A stretch of DNA of 64,000 nucleotides from Actinomycetota bacterium (GTDB lineage: Bacteria; Actinomycetota; Actinomycetes; Mycobacteriales; SCTD01): the NCBI GenBank assembly GCA_046723735.1, contig JBKOVB010000045.1, forward strand, positions 2,544 to 66,543, in the 5' to 3' direction. Both the position numbers and the translations under genes were made by a program. Positions 57,331-64,000 of this stretch are shown piece after piece; within the stretch, counting starts at the first letter, position 1, and the number at the start of each line of letters is the position of its first letter. The notes beneath the pieces were generated by a model, which saw nothing but the letters and a program-made list of their open reading frames with translations, was not told where the DNA came from and made no database searches.

Positions 57331-59214
57331 TCAGCCGCTGACGACGGCCAGCACCGTCCCCGGCTCCACCTGCTGCCCCGACGAGACCAGCACGTCGGTG
57401 ACCGTGCCGTCGGACGCCGTACGGACCGCGTGCTCCATCTTCATCGCCTCGAGGACGACGAGCGTGTCGCCCGCCTTCACCTCGTCCCCGACGCCGACCT
57501 CGACGCGCGTGACCGTGCCCGGCATCGGCGCCACGAGCGAGCCGGCGGCGAGCGCCGAGCCGGGCAGCGGGAAGCGCGGGTCCTCCACGAGCGCCGAGTG
57601 CCCGAGGGTCGAGTCGATGTATGTCGTGCCGCCCAGCACTACGTCGTACCTGCGTCGCACTCCGGCCACGCTCATGTCCACGTACGACGGGGCCGCCCCC
57701 CACACGACCACGTCGAGCGGCACGTCGTCGACCGTGACGACCACGCCGTCGCGCCCGTGCGCGTAGGTGACCCGCGTCCCGTCGTATGACACCGACTGCG
57801 GCTGTGAGCGCACGTTGCGCCAGCCGCTCGGGAACACGCCGCGGCGCGCCTCGGCCGCGGCCAACGCCCCGGCGACGCAGTGGATCCGGTGCACCTCAGG
57901 ATCCAGAGAAGGCAGCGGGAACCGCTCGAGGAAGTGGGTGTCGACGTCGTCCGCGGCCCAGGCCTCGGAGCGCAGCACCGCCACGAGCAGGTCGCGGTTG
58001 GTCACTACGCCGTGGAGCCGCGCGCGCGACAGCGCATCCGCCAGCCGGGCGGTGGCCTGCTCGCGGGTGGCGCCGTGCGCGATCACCTTGGACAGCATCG
58101 CGTCGTAGTGCACGCCGACGACCGAGCCGGCCTCGACGCCGGCGTCGACGCGCACCTCGCCAGGCACGTCGAACGCGGTGAGGATGCCGGTCCGCGGCAG
58201 GTACGAGGCGTCCTCGGCGTAGAGCCGAGCCTCGATCGCGTGCCCGGCCAGCGCGGGCGACAGGGCCTCGGGAGGGAGGGTCTCGCCGCGGGCCACCGCG
58301 AGCTGCAGCGCCACCAGGTCGAGCCCGGTGACGAGCTCGGTGACCGGGTGCTCGACCTGCAGCCGGGTGTTCATCTCCAGGAAGAAGAACGCGCCCGTCG
58401 AGTCGAGCACGAACTCGACCGTGCCGGCGCCTTCGTAGGACACCGCGCGGGCGGCGGCCACGGCGGCCTCGGACAGGGCGGTCCGCAGCGCCGGGTCGAC
58501 GGCGGGGGAGGGCGCCTCCTCGATCACCTTCTGGTGGCGGCGTTGCACGGAGCAGTCGCGCTCGAACAGCGCCACGACGTTGCCGTGGCTGTCCCCGACG
58601 ACCTGCACCTCGACGTGGCGGGGGCGCTCGACGTACCGCTCGAGGAAGACGGTGCCGTCGCCGAAGGCCGACAGCGCCTCGCGTTGCGCGGCGGCGAACG
58701 CCGCGGCTAGGTCGTCGGCCGACCGGACGACGCGCATCCCGCGCCCGCCGCCGCCGGCGGAGGCCTTGACCAGCACCGGGAAGTCGGTGACCTGCGAGGG
58801 CTCGGTCCAGGTGGGCAGGCACGGCACGCCGGCGGCAGCCATGAGCTCCTTGGAGCGCAGCTTCGAGCCCATCGCCTCGATCGCGGCGGGCGGCGGCCCG
58901 ACCCAGGTGAGGCCCGCGTCGATCACGGCCTGGGCGAAGGCAGCGTTCTCCGACAGGAACCCGTACCCGGGGTGGATCGCGTCGGCCCCGGCAGCCTTGG
59001 CAGCGGCGATGACGAGGTCGGTCCGCAGGTAGGTCTCGGACGGCGCGTTGCCGGGCAGGTGCACGGCGGCGTCCGCCTCGCGGACGAACGGCATGTCCCG
59101 GTCGGCGTCGGAGAACACCGCGACGGTCCCGATGCCGAGCGAGCGGCAGGTGCGGAAGACCCGGCGGGCGATCTCCCCCCGGTTGGCGACGAGCAGGGTG
59201 CGCACGACCCTCAC
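57331..59214 (-). CDS. Acyl-CoA carboxylase alpha subunit (biotin carboxylase + BCCP)
   Basis: GTG 59214 overlaps the upstream stop (GTGA). Translation reads LLVANRGEIARRV, then ...HPGYGFLSEN, GGGGRGMR, EMNTRLQVEHPVTE, and the C-terminal biotinylation motif LEAMKMEH. Confidence 0.9.
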   Translation of the reverse strand: MRVVRTLLVANRGEIARRVFRTCRSLGIGTVAVFSDADRDMPFVREADAAVHLPGNAPSETYLRTDLVIAAAKAAGADAIHPGYGFLSENAAFAQAVIDAGLTWVGPPPAAIEAMGSKLRSKELMAAAGVPCLPTWTEPSQVTDFPVLVKASAGGGGRGMRVVRSADDLAAAFAAAQREALSAFGDGTVFLERYVERPRHVEVQVVGDSHGNVVALFERDCSVQRRHQKVIEEAPSPAVDPALRTALSEAAVAAARAVSYEGAGTVEFVLDSTGAFFFLEMNTRLQVEHPVTELVTGLDLVALQLAVARGETLPPEALSPALAGHAIEARLYAEDASYLPRTGILTAFDVPGEVRVDAGVEAGSVVGVHYDAMLSKVIAHGATREQATARLADALSRARLHGVVTNRDLLVAVLRSEAWAADDVDTHFLERFPLPSLDPEVHRIHCVAGALAAAEARRGVFPSGWRNVRSQPQSVSYDGTRVTYAHGRDGVVVTVDDVPLDVVVWGAAPSYVDMSVAGVRRRYDVVLGGTTYIDSTLGHSALVEDPRFPLPGSALAAGSLVAPMPGTVTRVEVGVGDEVKAGDTLVVLEAMKMEHAVRTASDGTVTDVLVSSGQQVEPGTVLAVVSG

Positions 59215-60794
59215 ATCCTGAAGACCCCGAAGCCGCCACGGGCTCCGGTGAAGGGGACACGGTTGACGACGCCCAGGCAGTAGCCGAGCACGGTGCGGGT
59301 GTCGCGCGGGTCGATGATGCCGTCGTCGTAGACCCGGCCGGAGTTGGCCAGCGCCAGCGACTCGGCCTCGATCTGGGCCTCGACGAGCTGGCGCATCGCG
59401 GCGTCCTGTTCCTCGTCGTACGGCAGGCCGCGGTCGAGCGCGGACTGGCGCCCGACGATCGACAGCACGCCGGCGAGCTGCGCCGGGCCCATCACCGCGG
59501 ACTTCGCGTTGGGCCAGCTGAAGAGGAACCGCGGGTCGTACGCGCGGCCGCACATGCCGTAGTTGCCGGCACCGTAGGAGGCGCCGATGACGACTGTGAG
59601 GTGCGGGACCGTGCTGTTGGAGACGGCGTTGATCATCTTCGCGCCGTCCTTGATGATGCCGGCCTGCTCATAGCGCTGCCCGACCATGTAGCCGGTCGTG
59701 TTCTGCAGGAACAGCAGGGGCGTGTCGGAGGAGTTGGCGAGCTGGATGAACTGCGCCGCCTTCTCCGACTCCTCGCTGAACAGCACGCCCTGCGCGTTGG
59801 CCAGGATGCCGACCGGCCACCCGTGGATCTTCGCCCACCCGGTCACGAGCGACGTTCCGTAGAGCGGCTTGAACTCGTCGAAGTCGCTGTCGTCGACGAT
59901 GCGGGCCAGCACCTCGCGCGGGTCGAAGGGCACCCGCAGGTCGACCGACGCGATGCCGAGCAGGTCCTCCTCGTCGTACCGCGGGGGCAGCGACGGCCGG
60001 TCGGCGGCGGGCGTCAGGTTGAGCCGCTTGACGATGTCACGCCCGATCCGGATGCAGTCGACCTCGTCCTCGGCGAGGTAGTCCGCGAGGCCGGACGTGC
60101 GGGCGTGCATCTCGGCGCCACCGAGCGACTCGTCGTCGCTCTCCTCGCCGGTCGCCATCTTCACCAGCGGCGGACCGCCAAGGAACACCTTGGCGCGCTC
60201 GCGGACCATCACGACCCAGTCGCTCATGCCGGGCACGTAGGCACCGCCCGCGGTCGAGTTTCCGAAGACCAGCGACACGGTCGGGATGCCCTGGGCCGAC
60301 AGGCGGGTGAGGTTGCGGAACATCGCGCCGCCGGGGATGAAGATCTCCGCCTGCGTCGGCAGGTCCGCACCACCCGACTCCACGAGGAACAGCAGCGGCA
60401 GCCGGTTGACGCGGGCGATCTCCATGGCACGGCCGGTCTTCTTGGCCGACCAGGGGTTGCTCGCGCCGCCGCGGACCGTCGGGTCGTTGGCCATGATCAT
60501 GCAGTCGACGCCGTGCACCCGGCCGATACCGGTGACGAGCGAGGCGCCGACAGGGAACGACGAGCCGTACGCCGCGACCGGCATCAGCTCGAGGAACGGC
60601 GCGTCCTGGTCGAGGAGCAGCTCGATGCGCTCGCGGGGGAGGAGCTTGCCGCGGGCGCGGTGCCGGGCGACGTACTTCTCGCCGCCTCCGCCCAGGGCCT
60701 TGTCCGTCTCGGCCTGCACCAGCGCGATCTGCTCGAGCATCGCCGTACGGCGGTCGGCGGACACCACGTCCGGACGTGAGGTGAGCGTCGTCAC
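59211..60794 (-). CDS. Acyl-CoA carboxylase carboxyltransferase (beta) subunit, methylcrotonyl-CoA-carboxylase-like
   Basis: The GTG 60794 start is internal to the track ORF. Motifs include GKLLPRERIELLLD, ANDPTVRGGA, VFGNSTAGGAYVP and LQNTTGYMVG. Confidence 0.9.
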   Translation of the reverse strand: MTTLTSRPDVVSADRRTAMLEQIALVQAETDKALGGGGEKYVARHRARGKLLPRERIELLLDQDAPFLELMPVAAYGSSFPVGASLVTGIGRVHGVDCMIMANDPTVRGGASNPWSAKKTGRAMEIARVNRLPLLFLVESGGADLPTQAEIFIPGGAMFRNLTRLSAQGIPTVSLVFGNSTAGGAYVPGMSDWVVMVRERAKVFLGGPPLVKMATGEESDDESLGGAEMHARTSGLADYLAEDEVDCIRIGRDIVKRLNLTPAADRPSLPPRYDEEDLLGIASVDLRVPFDPREVLARIVDDSDFDEFKPLYGTSLVTGWAKIHGWPVGILANAQGVLFSEESEKAAQFIQLANSSDTPLLFLQNTTGYMVGQRYEQAGIIKDGAKMINAVSNSTVPHLTVVIGASYGAGNYGMCGRAYDPRFLFSWPNAKSAVMGPAQLAGVLSIVGRQSALDRGLPYDEEQDAAMRQLVEAQIEAESLALANSGRVYDDGIIDPRDTRTVLGYCLGVVNRVPFTGARGGFGVFRM

Positions 60795-60831
60795 GGGCCC
60801 GACCCTACCGGGTGTGTGAACCACCGTTAGC

Positions 60832-61975
<1,144 letters not shown>

Positions 61976-61983
<8 letters not shown>

Positions 61984-62488
61984 CGTCCACGAGCACGAGC
62001 TGGCCCTGCGGGAGGGTCGCGTCGAGCGCGAGCCGGGTGCCCTGCCGCCGCACTACCCGTCCTGCTTCGGCTGCGGGCCCGACGCGGAGTACGGCCTGCA
62101 CGTCGTCAACCGCAAGGTCGGCGACGAGGTGCACGCGACCTACGTCTTCGGCGAGAAGCACCAGGGCGCGCCGGGCATCGCGCACGGCGGCACGGTGGCC
62201 GCCCTCGTCGACGACGTCTGCGGCGGGCTGCTGTTCGTCGTCAAGGAGCCGGCGGTCACGCGCTCCCTCAACGTCGAGTACCTCAGGCCGGTGCTCGTCG
62301 GCGTGACCTACCACGTGGTCGCGCGCATCGACCGGCGCGAGGGTCGCAAGCTGTTCGTGAGCTGCGAGGGTCGCGACGACTCAGGCGAGCTGGTGTTCCG
62401 GGGTGGCGGGCTGTTCATCGTCGTGGACCTCTCCCACTTCGACCAGGGCGCCGGCCCCGGCGAGGGGCAACCCCCGGTCGCGCTGTAG
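61976..62488 (+). CDS. PaaI/hotdog-fold thioesterase
   Basis: GTG 61976 overlaps the ACAD stop by 8 nt. Translation reads CFGCGPD...GAPGIAHGGTVAALVDDVCG...SLNVEYLRPV. Confidence 0.8.
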
Positions 62489-62935
62489 CCACGCCGTACC
62501 CGCGAAGACGGTCAACAGCTCGCAGGCCGTCGCCGCCAGGTCGGCCGGGCCCATGCGCTCTCGCGGGCCGAGGCCGAAGGGCACGCTCACCGCGCGCGTC
62601 CAGACCCAGAGCTCCACCACCGCGAGGTTGGCGCACACGCCGAGCAGGACGAGGCGCCGGCCCGGTGAGAGCAGCAGCGCACCGACCCAGACCAGCTGGG
62701 CCAGGCAGAGCAGCGTGAAGAACCAGCCCAGCACCGCGGCCTCCTCCGCGTGCGCGGGGACGACGAGGGCGTGGATCAGCGCGGATCCCACGGTCCCCGC
62801 CACGACGAGGTGCAGGCTCAGCGGCAGGGGGGCTCCCGCCGTACGCCGCCACTCGCGCAGGAACAACACGCAGAAGAACAGCAGCGGTACGACGAGCATC
62901 AGCAGGTGCGGCAAGTGACGGGTCGTAGTCACCAC
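62381..62935 (-). CDS. Hypothetical integral membrane protein
   Basis: GTG 62935. It has four to five hydrophobic helices. The last ~36 codons overlap the convergent thioesterase gene. Confidence 0.55.
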   Translation of the reverse strand: MVTTTRHLPHLLMLVVPLLFFCVLFLREWRRTAGAPLPLSLHLVVAGTVGSALIHALVVPAHAEEAAVLGWFFTLLCLAQLVWVGALLLSPGRRLVLLGVCANLAVVELWVWTRAVSVPFGLGPRERMGPADLAATACELLTVFAGTAWLQRDRGLPLAGAGALVEVGEVHDDEQPATPEHQLA

Positions 62936-63070
62936 CCCCCGGTTCCGTAGCTTCCGTCACCTTGCGTCGCAGGGTGATCGCACGGAATGACGACAACGGG
63001 CCATTCGCGCCCTGTGCGGAGAGCGGGATGCTGCCGGGTAGGAAGCATTCCCTTCCCCAGGGGGAACCTC

Positions 63071-63658
63071 ATGGTGTGGAAGCTGGGAGCGGCCGCGAAC
63101 TTCGTGACCATGATCGCGTACTTCGCGATCGTGGTCGCGATCCTTGTCCCGCTCATCCGGGAGAACCAGCTCAGGGCCAACCGCCTCGGCACCGCCACCG
63201 CGCTGATCTTCTTCACGTGCGCGGTCCACCACGGCGGTCACACGGTGCACATGCTGCTGCCTGCTCTCGGCATCTCCTCGGGCAGCGGGTTGGCGATGCG
63301 GCAGGCTTTCGACCTGCAGGCTGTGCTCTGGGACGTGTTCACCGCAGCCGTCGGCATCTACTACTGGACGCTGCGCAGGACGTACGGCGCGCTCATGAAC
63401 GGCGCCAAGCTCTTCGAGGACCTGCGCGAGCGGCAGCGCCAGGCGCTCGAGATCAACGACGGCATCGTGCAGGGCCTGGCGACGGCGAAGCTGGCCCTCG
63501 AGCTGGACCAGACCCACCTCACGCGGGAGGCGCTCGAGTCCACGCTGGCCTCCGCGCGGGGCCTGATCACCGACCTGTTGGGCGAGGTCTCCGACCAGTC
63601 TGCCTTCGAGCCGGGCGAGCTCCGGCGCTCGCGTGCCGCCCTGCTGAGGAAGGCATGA
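63071..63658 (+). CDS. Membrane protein (3 TM) with a HisKA_3-like DHp hairpin only: His replaced by Asn, no HATPase domain
   Basis: ATG 63071 follows GGGGGA. The TM helices are NFVTMIAYFAIVVAILVPL, ATALIFFTCAV and VLWDVFTAAVGIYYW. Then ERQRQALEINDGIVQGLATAKLALELD...REALESTLASARGLITDLLGEV aligns with DesK ERQRIARDLHDTLGQKLSLIGLKSDL...ELKSVQQTARTSLNEVRKIV. A stop follows 24 codons later. Confidence 0.65.
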   Translation: MVWKLGAAANFVTMIAYFAIVVAILVPLIRENQLRANRLGTATALIFFTCAVHHGGHTVHMLLPALGISSGSGLAMRQAFDLQAVLWDVFTAAVGIYYWTLRRTYGALMNGAKLFEDLRERQRQALEINDGIVQGLATAKLALELDQTHLTREALESTLASARGLITDLLGEVSDQSAFEPGELRRSRAALLRKA

Positions 63659-63668
63659 GCACCCCCGC

Positions 63669-64000
63669 ATGACCGCTCCCTTCGGGCTGGACCTCCGCTC
63701 CCGCACCTCCGGCGCCCCGGTGCGCGTGCTCGTCGTCGACGACACCCCGGCGCTGCGCCTGCTGACGCGGCTCATGCTGGAGGGCAGCGGGTTCGAAGTC
63801 GTGGGCGAGGCCGGTGACGGCCTCGCCGCCATCGCGGAGGCCGCCACCCTGCAGCCCGACCTCGTGCTGCTCGACCTCGCCATGCCGGTGATGGACGGCC
63901 TCGAGGCGCTGCCCCGGATTCGCGCAGCCGCCACCGGGGTGAGGGTCGTCATCGTGTCTGGCTTCGACCGCCGCGCGATGGAGTCCCAGGTCGTCGAGGC
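63669..64000 (+). CDS. Response regulator receiver domain (3' end beyond the window)
   Basis: ATG 63669. Translation reads VRVLVVDDTPALRLLTRLML...PDLVLLDLAMPVMDGLEALPRIR...VVIVSGF. The frame is open to the window edge, so it is absent from the ORF track. Confidence 0.85.
   Translation, partial: MTAPFGLDLRSRTSGAPVRVLVVDDTPALRLLTRLMLEGSGFEVVGEAGDGLAAIAEAATLQPDLVLLDLAMPVMDGLEALPRIRAAATGVRVVIVSGFDRRAMESQVVE

Overview
High-G+C, actinobacterial-type chromosomal window. I support about 62 protein-coding calls, including one gene remnant. I also call one tRNA (Lys-CTT), one T-box leader, one in-frame tandem repeat and a few hairpins or operators. I saw no rRNA, CRISPR array, transposase, integrase or recognisable defence system. 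The long reverse-frame ORFs in the track are mostly high-G+C antisense artefacts. Several true starts are internal GTG/ATG codons, and many form 4-nt ATGA/GTGA overlaps with the upstream gene. Left to right, the content is: ileS with its T-box, a DksA zinc-finger/histone-like fusion, lspA and rluD; an HNH/DUF222 gene followed by a lower-G+C tail; gulonolactone oxidase, class I aldolase and ppc; two paralogous large LuxR (LAL) regulators; a five-gene membrane/stress operon; a translationally coupled GMC oxidoreductase-ndh-cydA-cydB operon; an MFS gene next to a truncated OTCase and an intact carbamate kinase; GDE-like and GH15 glycosidases; a K+ channel; SHOCT, YihY, RDD and MgtC membrane proteins; Ppx plus a CYTH-CHAD protein; arsI/cadI-arsR-arsC; a lower-G+C islet with an orphan AmiC-like sensor next to tRNA-Lys; and an acyl-CoA carboxylase/IVD-like leucine-catabolism cluster. 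The best candidates for something undescribed are two. (1) A compact ACAD - stand-alone adenylation enzyme - carrier protein - GNAT cassette (49569-53313); its hand-derived specificity code looks like the stand-alone L-Pro-activating enzymes of pyrrole pathways. (2) A membrane protein carrying only a HisKA_3-type DHp hairpin, with the phospho-accepting His replaced by Asn, the DxxxQ phosphatase motif intact and no ATPase domain, directly upstream of a response regulator (63071-64000). All family assignments come from motifs read by eye in the translations; no database search was run.
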